From Oceanispirochaeta sp. (lineage in GTDB: Bacteria; Spirochaetota; Spirochaetia; DSM-2461): a DNA stretch of 64,000 bases. Positions 50,190 through 60,171 of the stretch are shown piece by piece. The translations under genes and the position numbers were made by a program. The notes beneath the pieces were generated by a model. The model saw only the letters and a program-made list of their open reading frames with translations. It did no database searches and was not told where the DNA came from. The stretch spans positions 416,001 through 480,000 of the forward strand of contig CAXXXD010000003.1 of assembly GCA_963663385.2 (NCBI GenBank), written 5' to 3'. Each line of letters starts with the position of its first letter. The stretch's first letter is position 1.

Positions 50190-51381
50190 TCTTTTCCTTC
50201 AATTCTTCAATAATTCCGAATATCTGATGATCCGCGGAAAATACCCTGCTGAACGCGCCCCGGGCCAGTTCAAGCTGCTCCTCTGCCAGATCCTCTTTTC
50301 CGGTTAGAAGGGAGACCACCCCCTGATGGTAGTAGAGGTTCCCCAACGCTTCGGGCCTGTCTGAGTAAAGAGGAATCTGTTTTTCAAAAAAAGGAACCAG
50401 CTCATTCAGCCGGTTGAAGGCATTGTAATGATTCATTATGGTCTGACAGCTTTCGGGGCTTTCCGGGTGCAGATCGAAGAAGTAAACGGCGTTTTCCAGG
50501 GCCTCATCCCTTTTCCCCTCTACCAGATATACCTGAATCAGCCTTTCGGGAAAGCGGTAATCCCCCGGACAGAGGGTTCGGCCCTCTTTCAGATAGGCCA
50601 GGGTCTCTTCTGCATTATCCTGCATCAGGGCAATGGTGGATCCCAGAAAAAGGGCATCCGCTCTGGATTTATCCGAGTGATAGAGGGGGAGGGCCAGGCG
50701 TATCTTCCTGTCAGCCTCCTCCAGCTGATTGTCCCGCATACAGGCGGTTGCTCCCTGGTAGTGGTAGGCCGGGTTGTGCGGATTCAGGTGTGAGGCTTTC
50801 TCGAAGTGCAGGGCGGCCGAGGACCACTCGCCGAGGGTCATCTCCGTATAGGCAAGATTGGCATAGAGGTTTTCATCCTCCCATCCCCCGTCCAGGGCCA
50901 GACGGTAGCTGATGATAATACGGTAACCGAGTTCCCCTTCTCCCAGACCGCTTTCGGTGCCGAAGAGGTGCAGGAGTCCGAAATAGTACTCCCCCAGCCA
51001 GTAGGGGATTTCACTGTTTCCGGGGTTCTCCCTGAGCAGGGTTTCCAGAGCTTCACCCGGGTTGAACAGCTTCATATCCTCCATGGAGTTCCTGCGGCGG
51101 ATGTCATTCAGAGTTTCCCCGGGAGCCAGGTCTGCAAAGGCAAACATCTGATGCAGATTGGTTGTGGCATAATAGCGGATACAGAGCTCGGATTTACAGA
51201 TAATCATCCGGGAAAGTTCAATCTCTTCGGCATATTGATGCAGATAGGTCCAGGCGGACTTATACTGCCCTTCATCCATCAGGTTCCTGACTTCTTTCAT
51301 ATGCTCGTCGGAACTCAGGGCGTATAGATTCAGCTGCGGAAAAAGGCTGGCCAGCAGCAGGATTGCAAGGATTCTTTTCAT
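50176..51381 (-). CDS. Exported TPR-repeat protein
   Basis: Signal peptide; repeated helical TPR-like motifs (YANLAY, YYHQGV). Confidence 0.7.
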   Translation of the reverse strand: MKRILAILLLASLFPQLNLYALSSDEHMKEVRNLMDEGQYKSAWTYLHQYAEEIELSRMIICKSELCIRYYATTNLHQMFAFADLAPGETLNDIRRRNSMEDMKLFNPGEALETLLRENPGNSEIPYWLGEYYFGLLHLFGTESGLGEGELGYRIIISYRLALDGGWEDENLYANLAYTEMTLGEWSSAALHFEKASHLNPHNPAYHYQGATACMRDNQLEEADRKIRLALPLYHSDKSRADALFLGSTIALMQDNAEETLAYLKEGRTLCPGDYRFPERLIQVYLVEGKRDEALENAVYFFDLHPESPESCQTIMNHYNAFNRLNELVPFFEKQIPLYSDRPEALGNLYYHQGVVSLLTGKEDLAEEQLELARGAFSRVFSADHQIFGIIEELKEKIREE

Positions 51382-51536
51382 ATTGTACTCCGGATTCAGT
51401 ATACTGAACCCTGTCTGTTGGGGCCAGTCCCGTATCGAACTTCCGGTTTTGAGCGGTTAACCTTTCTTTTCTGCCTTACTGAAGCCGAATTTACCTTGTA
51501 TTTCGGTATTCTGGTTATGATTCTGCAATTATCCCT

Positions 51537-53963
51537 TTAGGAAGACTCGGAAAGAGACTGAATCTTCCGGCGGATTTCCGGTATAAAAACCGGATCGATG
51601 GAAAAACGCCGGCACCCGTTCTTAAGCAGATCCTCAGTATATTCCCCGTTCTGCGCCAGGTCCCCGCAGAGTGAACAGGTCTTCCCTTCCGCCTTTGTTC
51701 TGGTGCTGATCTCCCTTATATACTCCTGGATCATCCTGTTCCCCTGTTCAAAGTACTGACTCACATTCAGCTTTTCCCGGTCCGCCGCCATGGTATACTG
51801 GATCAGATCGTTGGAGCCGATACTGATAAAGTCGGACTCCTTCAGAATGTCTTTAAAGGAAATGACGGCAGCCGGGGTTTCTATCATGGTTCCTATAGGC
51901 AGTTCAGTTTGAATATTCATGACATTTCTCAGATTCTTGTACAGCTCTTTAACATAAAGAATATCCTCCACCAGGGTGACCATGGGAATCAGAACCCGCA
52001 GATTATAGCGTCTGGAAAGCTTCAGGCAGACACGCAGCTGGGTTTCCAGCAGCTGCGGGTATTTTATCAGCAGCCGGATACCCCGAACCCCCAGAAATGA
52101 GTTATACCTTTCGGAAATATCCAGATAGGAGAGGGTTTTGTCTCCCCCTATATCCAGAAGACGGATGGTTATCTCTTTATTTTCAAAGGGTTCAAGGATT
52201 TTTTCAAGCTGTTTATACAGCCAGGCTTCATCGGGCACGCTGTCCCGGGAGAGATAGAGCATTTCCAACCTGAAAAGACCGACTCCGTCGGATCCTGCGG
52301 CAGCGCCTTCCCGGGCATCATCAAGATTCGATACTACGCTATGGAGTTCTACCGTTTCTCCTTTATAGATCAGCCGGTTATGATTTCGGGCGTTCCTTTT
52401 CTGATCTTCCCTGAGTTTTATGAATTCTTCTACGCTTTTTTCAAGCTGGGCTCTTTCTGTACCTTCCGGATTCAGAATAATCCGGCCGCTCGTACCGTCG
52501 AGGTAGGTCGGGGAACCGCTCTGAATTGCTGTCAGATCCATATTTTCCACTACAACCATGGGAATATTCATGGCCTTGGCAATTATAGCGGTATGAGAGA
52601 AGCGGCCTCCCTCTCTGGTTACGATGGCCCGTACATTCTTTTTGTCTATATGCACCGTATCCGATGGAAGAAGGCGTGTGGAAAAAATAAGGGAATCCTC
52701 CGGAACATCCTCCAGAATGTGTCTTTCAATTCCCTGAAGTTCCGTAAGAACCCTCCGGGAAATATCGGCGATATCCTGGGATTTATTCCGGAATATCTCA
52801 TCATCAAATGCCAGAAAGCGTTTCTCCCAGCGTTTGAACACATCCCGGATAACCTCTTCCGCATTAATCTTCCGTTCAAAAAGCTGTGTTTTGATCTCCT
52901 CCAGAATTTCGTGGTCATTCAGTATAAGCCGGTGGGCCTGGAATATTACGGCATGTTCGCTGCTGAGCTCCCGGTCTACAGCTTTTTCCATCTGTTCCAG
53001 ATCTTTTTCAACCTCGTGGATAGCCCGTTTTATTCTGTCATACTCCTCATCAAGGGCATCATCGCTGATATCATAGCTCTCCAGCTCATGGGACATCAGA
53101 TCGTTGTATACAAAGGCTCGTCCCATGGCGAGTCCCCTGTTAATGGGAGTCCCCTTCATCTCCATTCTTTCCCGGCTGCTGTTTAGTGGACCGGCCGATT
53201 CATACTCCTCATTGACATCCAGAATATCCTTGCCGTGGTAGAGGCATATAGATTCACTGCTGCACTGCAGGGCTTTTTCAAGGGCTTTATCTGCCGCTGT
53301 AAGAAGCTTGTAATCCGTATCGATATGAAACAGACCGAAAGAAGCAATGCCAATGCGGTAATCAAGGTCGTTAAATCTCTCCTTCAGAGGGTTCAGTATT
53401 AGGTGTATAAGGTTGAAAGCCGCCTGTATGGCCGCATTCACATTTGTCTCGGTCAGAAGGAAGAGAAAGCGGTTCCTGTCATAGGTATAAACGGAGTCGG
53501 TCAGCCTGACATGGCTGCTGAAACTGGATACGAGACTGCCAAGAATAGCTTCTGTCCGGGGAGAATTCTTCAGGATGGGATCCAGCAGAAGAAGGGAGAA
53601 GGGGGCTCCGTAGCGGTGGGCCCGTTCTATCTCTATCTGGATATCCCGTGATAGAACCGACGCGTCATAAGCCCTGGGATGATTGGTCGGCGGTCCCTGA
53701 TGCACCAGCCTGCGGATATCCGCACTGTTCAGGATATCGGGTATATGCACATGGCTGTTGATATTCTTCATATAATCAACCATGGCCACTTCAATTCCCG
53801 CATCCCTTCCCAGTTTACGGTCCAGGAGTATTTTATGGTGGATTATCTCCCGGCAGACGGAATTTTCATCATCTTCATCGTCGAAGCATATATTGTCCAG
53901 GATATAGTCACAGTAGTTCTTATAGGATTCATCAGAAACGAGACGGTCTTTCTTCATATTCAA
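51537..53963 (-). CDS. PEP-protein phosphotransferase (PTS enzyme I) with N-terminal degenerate GGDEF-like domain
   Basis: EI motifs GGRFSHTAIIAK, GVGLFRLE, IRLLDIGGDK, SIGSNDLIQY, LCGD; N-terminal EIERAHRYGAPFSLLLLD...RLTD..YDRNRF...ADKAL. Confidence 0.85.
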   Translation of the reverse strand: MNMKKDRLVSDESYKNYCDYILDNICFDDEDDENSVCREIIHHKILLDRKLGRDAGIEVAMVDYMKNINSHVHIPDILNSADIRRLVHQGPPTNHPRAYDASVLSRDIQIEIERAHRYGAPFSLLLLDPILKNSPRTEAILGSLVSSFSSHVRLTDSVYTYDRNRFLFLLTETNVNAAIQAAFNLIHLILNPLKERFNDLDYRIGIASFGLFHIDTDYKLLTAADKALEKALQCSSESICLYHGKDILDVNEEYESAGPLNSSRERMEMKGTPINRGLAMGRAFVYNDLMSHELESYDISDDALDEEYDRIKRAIHEVEKDLEQMEKAVDRELSSEHAVIFQAHRLILNDHEILEEIKTQLFERKINAEEVIRDVFKRWEKRFLAFDDEIFRNKSQDIADISRRVLTELQGIERHILEDVPEDSLIFSTRLLPSDTVHIDKKNVRAIVTREGGRFSHTAIIAKAMNIPMVVVENMDLTAIQSGSPTYLDGTSGRIILNPEGTERAQLEKSVEEFIKLREDQKRNARNHNRLIYKGETVELHSVVSNLDDAREGAAAGSDGVGLFRLEMLYLSRDSVPDEAWLYKQLEKILEPFENKEITIRLLDIGGDKTLSYLDISERYNSFLGVRGIRLLIKYPQLLETQLRVCLKLSRRYNLRVLIPMVTLVEDILYVKELYKNLRNVMNIQTELPIGTMIETPAAVISFKDILKESDFISIGSNDLIQYTMAADREKLNVSQYFEQGNRMIQEYIREISTRTKAEGKTCSLCGDLAQNGEYTEDLLKNGCRRFSIDPVFIPEIRRKIQSLSESS

Positions 53964-54043
53964 ATCCTTTCATTGCTGTCTCTTAAATTATAGTATCATC
54001 TAACAGGTCACAGGGGGATAAAATAATAATTGTTTATATTCCG

Positions 54044-54059
54044 TTCACGATTTGTTTAC
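54044..54059 (+). promoter_or_regulatory. TTCAC-N6-TTTAC direct repeat (cre-tag-like)
   Basis: TTCACGATTTGTTTAC upstream of the 4Fe-4S gene. Confidence 0.35.
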
Positions 54060-54122
54060 AGGTTCAGGAAATACTATATTTGAATTCATACATTACTTTC
54101 CAAATACTGAAGGAGTTGTTTC

Positions 54123-54956
54123 ATGAAGAAGAAACCGCGGACAAGGTTTATCATTCAGATTCTGTTTCTTGTTTTTATTGCTCTTATTGCAGTAAACCAT
54201 ACATTGGCGGAAACCGGGGGGGGAATCCCTTTTATCTCAGAGGCTTCCCTTCATGCCGTGTGCCCCTTCGGCGGGGTCGTCAGTATTTATCAGCTATTAA
54301 CAGCCGGAACATTTGTCAGGAAAATACACGAATCCAGCCTGGTGCTTATGTATATCGTTTTTGCGGCGGCTTTGCTGATGGGACCCCTTTTCTGCGGGTG
54401 GATCTGTCCTTTCGGAACCTTCCAGGAGTTGATCAGCCGGATCGGGAAAAGGATCTTCGGGAAAAAACATAACCGCTTTATTCCCTACAGGTACGACCGG
54501 TATCTGCGGTATCTCCGCTATGTTGTTCTGGTATGGGTATTGTTTATGACCGCCCGTTCCGGAGAGATCCTTTTTGCAAATGTTGATCCCTATTACGCCC
54601 TGTTTCAGTTCTGGACGGGGGAGGTCGCCCTTTCGGGAATTATCATGCTTTTTGCTGTAATGATCGCCTCCTTTTTTGTGGAACGCCCCTTCTGCAAATA
54701 CTTCTGTCCCTACGGCGCTGTACTGGGAATCTTCAATCTGTTCCGGATCATTCCCCTCCGCAGGAATTCCAAAACCTGTATCAGCTGCAGAAAATGCGAT
54801 AGAAGCTGTCCCATGAATATTCCCGTATCATCCCTGGGGACGGTAAGGAATCATCAGTGCATCAGCTGTTATCAGTGTACTTCAGGTGATGGTGAGTGTC
54901 CCGTCGCGGATACGCTGGAATTCAGAACAAACCGTTTTGAGGAGGTCCGGAAATGA
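54123..54956 (+). CDS. 4Fe-4S-binding membrane protein (NapH/MauN/YccM-like)
   Basis: CPFG, FCGWICPFG, FCKYFCPYG, CISCRKCDRSCP, CISCYQC. Confidence 0.88.
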   Translation: MKKKPRTRFIIQILFLVFIALIAVNHTLAETGGGIPFISEASLHAVCPFGGVVSIYQLLTAGTFVRKIHESSLVLMYIVFAAALLMGPLFCGWICPFGTFQELISRIGKRIFGKKHNRFIPYRYDRYLRYLRYVVLVWVLFMTARSGEILFANVDPYYALFQFWTGEVALSGIIMLFAVMIASFFVERPFCKYFCPYGAVLGIFNLFRIIPLRRNSKTCISCRKCDRSCPMNIPVSSLGTVRNHQCISCYQCTSGDGECPVADTLEFRTNRFEEVRK

Positions 54957-55684
54957 AAATAACAGCAAAACAGGCTGCTCTGATTCTACCCTTGTTTTTC
55001 TTCATCGGGATTCTGGTGACCATGATGACCGGTTACTGGAAAACAGAAAGTTCAAAGCAGCCCGCAAAATATGCAACAGGCGCTCTGGCCGGTGAAAACG
55101 ATCCGGGCGATATCAGGGGATCCTACTCTCTGGAAGATCTGGAGAATGCTTTTGGTATTCCTGTGGATACTCTGGCCAAAGCGTTCGGTCTTTCAGAAGT
55201 AGAAAACCCCGCTGCCGCACAGATTAAAATCCTGGAAGAGGTTTTTGGAGAGCTCGACGGCATGGAGGTGGGAACCGACAGCGTGAGGCTGTTCATTGCT
55301 CTCTATCTTGACCGCCCCCATACGCCGGAACCGACTACTGCCCTGCCGCAGCCGGCCTACAATATTCTTAAAAAAGAGGGAGCCTCCAGTGAAGAGCAGC
55401 TGGCCGTGTATGCCGGGCGGATTGTATCCCTGGACGGGGTTCGTATCAGTGAAATCAATTCGGAAGAAAGCCATGATGAGGAATCGGAGGAAATGCTGGT
55501 AAAAGGCAAGACTACTTTTGCGGATCTTCTGGACTGGGGACTGGAATCCGGGCAGATTGAGGAGGCTCTGGGTGGTTTACGTATGGGAACCCGGGCCATG
55601 ACTGTCCGGGATTACTGCAGTGAACAGGGAATCGAATTTTCCGAAGTCAAAACAAAACTGCAGGAGATGCTGGACCGGAACTGA
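54953..55684 (+). CDS. Hypothetical membrane-anchored protein coupled to the 4Fe-4S gene
   Basis: ATGA overlap; N-terminal TM; DIRGSYSL..FGI and KGKTTF..WGL segments. Confidence 0.7.
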   Translation: MKITAKQAALILPLFFFIGILVTMMTGYWKTESSKQPAKYATGALAGENDPGDIRGSYSLEDLENAFGIPVDTLAKAFGLSEVENPAAAQIKILEEVFGELDGMEVGTDSVRLFIALYLDRPHTPEPTTALPQPAYNILKKEGASSEEQLAVYAGRIVSLDGVRISEINSEESHDEESEEMLVKGKTTFADLLDWGLESGQIEEALGGLRMGTRAMTVRDYCSEQGIEFSEVKTKLQEMLDRN

Positions 55685-55693
55685 GCCGCTTAG

Positions 55694-56005
55694 TTATTGG
55701 AAAATCAGGATCAGCCAGGTTAAACCGATTGAAGCCAGGACCGGAAGAACCAGGCTGCCCCTGAGAACCCAGGAAATAAGGGCGGCTGCCCCGATGGAGA
55801 TCAGTCCGGCCCACGGGACTTCCGGCAGGGCCTGAAACGTTCCGGGAAAGATCAGGGCCCCCAGTGCGGCCACGGGCATCATTTTAAGAATATTTTTGAC
55901 GGGATCGGGGAGTCTCTTTACTCCCTCCGACAGGAAGGGCAGGACCCTTATACCGTAAGTGAGGGCGGCTGTTCCAAACAGAATGACAGCCAGATAGGTA
56001 CTCAA
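55694..56005 (-). CDS. azlD: AzlD-family branched-chain amino-acid export subunit
   Basis: TYGIRVLPF, MPVAALGALIFP. Confidence 0.8.
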   Translation of the reverse strand: MSTYLAVILFGTAALTYGIRVLPFLSEGVKRLPDPVKNILKMMPVAALGALIFPGTFQALPEVPWAGLISIGAAALISWVLRGSLVLPVLASIGLTWLILIFQ

Positions 56006-56709
56006 GCGTATGCCTCCTCAGAGGAAGATGGTGGCAGAATCAGACTGGCAGCCGCTGCCGTGATCAGCATGGCAGCAACAAAAGACCATCCGGCCGGCCA
56101 GTTAAGAAGCAGATTGAACAGGCAATTCAATCCCCCCGCGGTGAGGGCAACCAAAAGGTTTTTCCTCTCCTTTTGCACTTCGGGAACAAGCAACGCTGTA
56201 AACAGGGCAAAAAGGGCAATCCCGGTGGCCTCCTGAAAGGTTCGGGGCAGCACTGACCCGCCCAGCGCTCCCGCAAGGGTTCCCAGGGCCCAGCCGGCGT
56301 AGGCTGTTATCTGTACTCCGTATACAAAGGAGATAGGAACCTTTCCCTCCTGAGCGCTTATAACAGAAAAGTTTTCATCGGTTATGCAATAGGCTGCCAG
56401 AAAACGGTCGATTCTCCGGGGAAAATCAATTTTAAGGGAGAGGGACATACTCATAAGCATATAGCGGAAATTCAGCAGAAAAACCGAGAATACGGCCTCC
56501 GCCGGGGATACGCCCAGGATCATAAGGTTGATGGACATGAACTGACCGGCTCCTGTCGTACTAACCAGTGAAAAGAGGGTCGCCTCCCGGATACTGAGCC
56601 CGGCTGATACGGCAAGCAGGCCGAAAGCAATAGATGCCGAGAAATATCCGATAAATACAGGGATCCCCGATCGGACCCCTCTTAAAAAAGCAGTTTTCCT
56701 GTTTTCCAC
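56002..56709 (-). CDS. azlC: AzlC-family branched-chain amino-acid export permease
   Basis: IPVFIGY, GAGQF, LLNFRYMLMS, ITDENF; probable GTG start at 56709. Confidence 0.85.
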   Translation of the reverse strand: MENRKTAFLRGVRSGIPVFIGYFSASIAFGLLAVSAGLSIREATLFSLVSTTGAGQFMSINLMILGVSPAEAVFSVFLLNFRYMLMSMSLSLKIDFPRRIDRFLAAYCITDENFSVISAQEGKVPISFVYGVQITAYAGWALGTLAGALGGSVLPRTFQEATGIALFALFTALLVPEVQKERKNLLVALTAGGLNCLFNLLLNWPAGWSFVAAMLITAAAASLILPPSSSEEAYA

Positions 56710-57037
56710 AGCTTTTTTATACTGTTTTGTTCTGCTCTGATCAATACACAGAGGGAATTTCAAGAGTTTTCTTTTCTCATTTACCAAGGGAATTAAGCAA
56801 ACGGATTTACTATAACTTGCAGAAAGGAAGGCAGTGTTCGGAGGTATCAGTGGAGAAAGACTCAGCATAAGAAGCGGTTTCGGGTATCTGTAACTTTTTA
56901 TCGTTTCTGGAATAGTCGAAATATGACCTCCCTTTTCAGCTGATGAGTTTTATAGAAAATAAAGGCAATGATTAGTTTCGCATCCGCTGTTTTCAGATTA
57001 TACTTTAATAAGAAAAAAACTATTAAACGGATGCTTC

Positions 57038-58594
57038 ATGGATGCTGATATTTGGGATGTTTTTACTTCCGAAACCCTGGAAATTACTAATACTCTGGAA
57101 AACTCCATTCTCAACTACGAGAGAGGCCGTGATCCGGAGGTTCTGGATCACGCCTACCATCAGATTCATTCCATAAAAGGGAGTCTGGGGATTATCTGCT
57201 TTGACCGCCTGGGATCCATGGTTCATAAAACAGAAGATCTGTTTCATGAATGCCGGAAAAAACCTTTTACACAGATTAAGACATTTGTCCGTATCGTCTT
57301 TGTCATTATTGACTATGTTCGTCAGGTCATTGCTGAGGAGAGTGAAAAATCAATTAATGATGAGGTCATCCGGGATTTTCAGGAACTCCTGGATCAGGAT
57401 CTCTATAAGGGCGATCCTGGTGGACCGATTGCTCCGTTTGTTCATCAAACCGCAAGTGTCGAGACAAATCTGCTGAGGATTGATTCGGGCAAACTGGATG
57501 AACTGCTGAATCTTACAGGGGAACTGATTACGGCCGGTGATTCTTTTCGCCAGCTCTCTGAGGAAATAACGGATTCCCGTCTGGGAAACAGAACTTCGCA
57601 GCTACTGAATCTGATAGAACAGCTCAGCGAAAAAACACTCGAGATGCGAATGATTCCTCTTGCCTCAGTTATGAACAGGTTCAGCCGAACCGTACATGAT
57701 CTTGCCGAAAACACGGGGAAACAGGTCAATCTGGAAATCAGCGGAGAACAGACAGAGGTAGACAAGACTATTGCCGAAAAGATTGCCGATCCTCTTACCC
57801 ATCTGCTTCGCAATTGTATCGATCATGGAATTGATCTGCCTGAAGTCAGACTGGAAAAAGGGAAGCCGGCTTATGGTACTGTTCGTTTGAATGCCCGTTA
57901 TGATAATGATTCCATCCTTATAACTATGAGTGATGACGGGAAGGGGCTGGATTATAATAAAATCCGGCAGAAGGCGGTTCTCATTCCCGGGTGGTCTGGA
58001 ACCGATTCGGAGGAAGAGCTGGCTAACCTGATTTTCGAACCCGGATTTTCCACGGCCGACTCGGTTTCCAATATCAGTGGACGAGGCATGGGAATGTCCG
58101 CCGTCAGGGATAGTATTCAGAATTTAAGGGGTTCGTTGTCTGTTATATCCAGAGAAGGGGAGGGTACGGAATTCCATATGAAATTCCCTCTGTCCCTGGC
58201 GCTTATAGAGGGGCTTCTGATTAAGATGAGTGATAATTTCTATATTATTCCTTCCGAGGATGTACAGGAGTGTATCGCCATAGATAGAAATGATATTGAT
58301 CAGAGTCTGGAGACAACATCCATGAGCTGGAATAATAAAGTGCTTCCTCTGATCAATCTGAAACGGGTTATGAAACAAACGGGAGATGCCTGGAATATCG
58401 TGGTTGTGAACAATCAGAACGATAAAATAGGAATTCTCTGTGATGAAGTGGTCAGTACCATTCAGACTGTGGCAAAACCTCTTCATCCTTTTCTGAAAAA
58501 GGAGGCATGGCTTCAGGGATCTTCCGTTCTTGGCTCGGGAGAGCCTGTTCTCATAATGAATATGGCCGGTCTACTGGATCAGTTCCGGGGATAG
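57038..58594 (+). CDS. cheA: Compact CheA-like histidine kinase (Hpt, dimerization, HATPase, CheW domains)
   Basis: HSIKGS, LDELLNLTGELI, DPLTHLLRNCIDHG, DDGKG, IFEPGFSTA, SGRGMGM, FPLSLA. Confidence 0.88.
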   Translation: MDADIWDVFTSETLEITNTLENSILNYERGRDPEVLDHAYHQIHSIKGSLGIICFDRLGSMVHKTEDLFHECRKKPFTQIKTFVRIVFVIIDYVRQVIAEESEKSINDEVIRDFQELLDQDLYKGDPGGPIAPFVHQTASVETNLLRIDSGKLDELLNLTGELITAGDSFRQLSEEITDSRLGNRTSQLLNLIEQLSEKTLEMRMIPLASVMNRFSRTVHDLAENTGKQVNLEISGEQTEVDKTIAEKIADPLTHLLRNCIDHGIDLPEVRLEKGKPAYGTVRLNARYDNDSILITMSDDGKGLDYNKIRQKAVLIPGWSGTDSEEELANLIFEPGFSTADSVSNISGRGMGMSAVRDSIQNLRGSLSVISREGEGTEFHMKFPLSLALIEGLLIKMSDNFYIIPSEDVQECIAIDRNDIDQSLETTSMSWNNKVLPLINLKRVMKQTGDAWNIVVVNNQNDKIGILCDEVVSTIQTVAKPLHPFLKKEAWLQGSSVLGSGEPVLIMNMAGLLDQFRG

Positions 58595-59557
58595 GACAAC
58601 ACAGTTCTTTCCTTTATCCTTGCCTTTATAAAGAGCTTCATCCGCTTTATTGATCATACTGATCAGACTGGTTACTCCCTCAAAGCAGCTTACACCGAAT
58701 GTCATGGTAACCTTATGGGCAATCCCGTTAAAACTGAAAGGATACTTCTCTACGGTTTTCCGGATCCTTTCCGCCAGCTTGCCTGCTTCTTTAGTTTCTG
58801 TTTCGGGTAAAAGGAACAGGAACTCCTCTCCCCCCCAGCGGCAGGTTTCATCGATAGGACGGACTATCTTAAGGAAAATCTCACCCAATGTGGATAATAG
58901 ATAGTCCCCGCAGGCATGACCGTATTTATCATTATACTTCTTGAAATCATCGATATCTGTCAGTAGTATGGAGAAATTCGTTTTATAGCGGTTATACCTC
59001 TCCACCTCTTTTTCAAGAGAAAACATCATGGATCGTCTGTTGGACAAACGGGTTAATGGATCGGTACTGGCCGCCCTCTGCAACTCCTCATTGGTCATCC
59101 GGAGTTCTTCTTCGGTAACTTTCATCTGTTCCACAAGTTTTAAAACCTGATCTTTCACATCCTTGTTCTGTTTAATCTGCTGTATAAGACCGCTTATATT
59201 CTGCAGGTAAAACACAGCATTATATTCTTCCTTGTTATCAGGAGAACGGGTACGTGTAACCTGGGTCTGAATATAGAGGGGTTCTCCATTCTTCTGTGTT
59301 ATGGGGAACAGTTTTTTATGGAGCTGATAGGAAAATACAGCGGTAGATCCTGTTTCCAGAACCTGCCTGATCATCAGCTGATAAAATTTCTTTTTCAGGG
59401 AAGTGAATATTTCACAAAGATCCCTTCCTGTGACCTCTTCTTTTTTTATTCCTGTCCAGACTTCAATAATCTGATTCCAGAATACTATTTTCATAGCGGA
59501 GTCGGTGCAGATGATACCCTCGGGAAGGGCATCCAGTACTTCGTAATTCTCTATCAT
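58571..59557 (-). CDS. PAS-GGDEF diguanylate cyclase
   Basis: LDALPEGI...FWN (PAS), coiled coil, TDPLTRL, RPID..RWGGEEF. Confidence 0.9.
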   Translation of the reverse strand: MIENYEVLDALPEGIICTDSAMKIVFWNQIIEVWTGIKKEEVTGRDLCEIFTSLKKKFYQLMIRQVLETGSTAVFSYQLHKKLFPITQKNGEPLYIQTQVTRTRSPDNKEEYNAVFYLQNISGLIQQIKQNKDVKDQVLKLVEQMKVTEEELRMTNEELQRAASTDPLTRLSNRRSMMFSLEKEVERYNRYKTNFSILLTDIDDFKKYNDKYGHACGDYLLSTLGEIFLKIVRPIDETCRWGGEEFLFLLPETETKEAGKLAERIRKTVEKYPFSFNGIAHKVTMTFGVSCFEGVTSLISMINKADEALYKGKDKGKNCVVLSPELIQ

Positions 59558-60171
59558 AATTCATTCAGATGGGAATCCATCAAAGATGTCAGATACTCTA
59601 CGGATTTAAGTGAAAAAAGAAGGGCGATATCCCCTTCAATGCTTATATCCTCCGCTGTAAAATGCGTATTGGCCAGGAGAATCATGTTATTCGGATCATC
59701 CCGATCAGAGGAAGGGTCCTGTTTGAACTGATTCTGGTAAACCGGAATCAGATAATCAAACCGGATTTTCATAAAGTTTGAAATAGTCCCCATTATGGAG
59801 TTGAGCACAATATTTCCCACTTCAGTCAGAACTCCTATCTTTGCACTGTCAAAATCCTCGTCCTCATCCTGTTCCAGAAGGATATTTCCCAGCAGCCGGG
59901 CGCTCTTCTGAGGGAATATAAGCATACTGTCCCCGTTGATTTCCCCCTTGAACTGCAGGTCCACAAGGGATATCTGATTGTCTTTCAGATCCGAAAAATG
60001 ATCGGAAACTTCATGTACGGTAAGCTGCTGTATCAAGGGGATACTCAGCTGTATATGAGTCCCCAGCATCTCACTCAGTATTTCCGAACTCTTACCGGCG
60101 CCGATAGTGAACAGTTCTTTTAAAAAATCGAGGTGATCATCATTCAGCTTGAGATTGTTATCCCCGGTCAT
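59554..60171 (-). CDS. cheC: CheC-family phosphatase
   Basis: DFLKELFTIGAGK, LSEML, LTEVGNIVLN. Confidence 0.8.
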   Translation of the reverse strand: MTGDNNLKLNDDHLDFLKELFTIGAGKSSEILSEMLGTHIQLSIPLIQQLTVHEVSDHFSDLKDNQISLVDLQFKGEINGDSMLIFPQKSARLLGNILLEQDEDEDFDSAKIGVLTEVGNIVLNSIMGTISNFMKIRFDYLIPVYQNQFKQDPSSDRDDPNNMILLANTHFTAEDISIEGDIALLFSLKSVEYLTSLMDSHLNEL

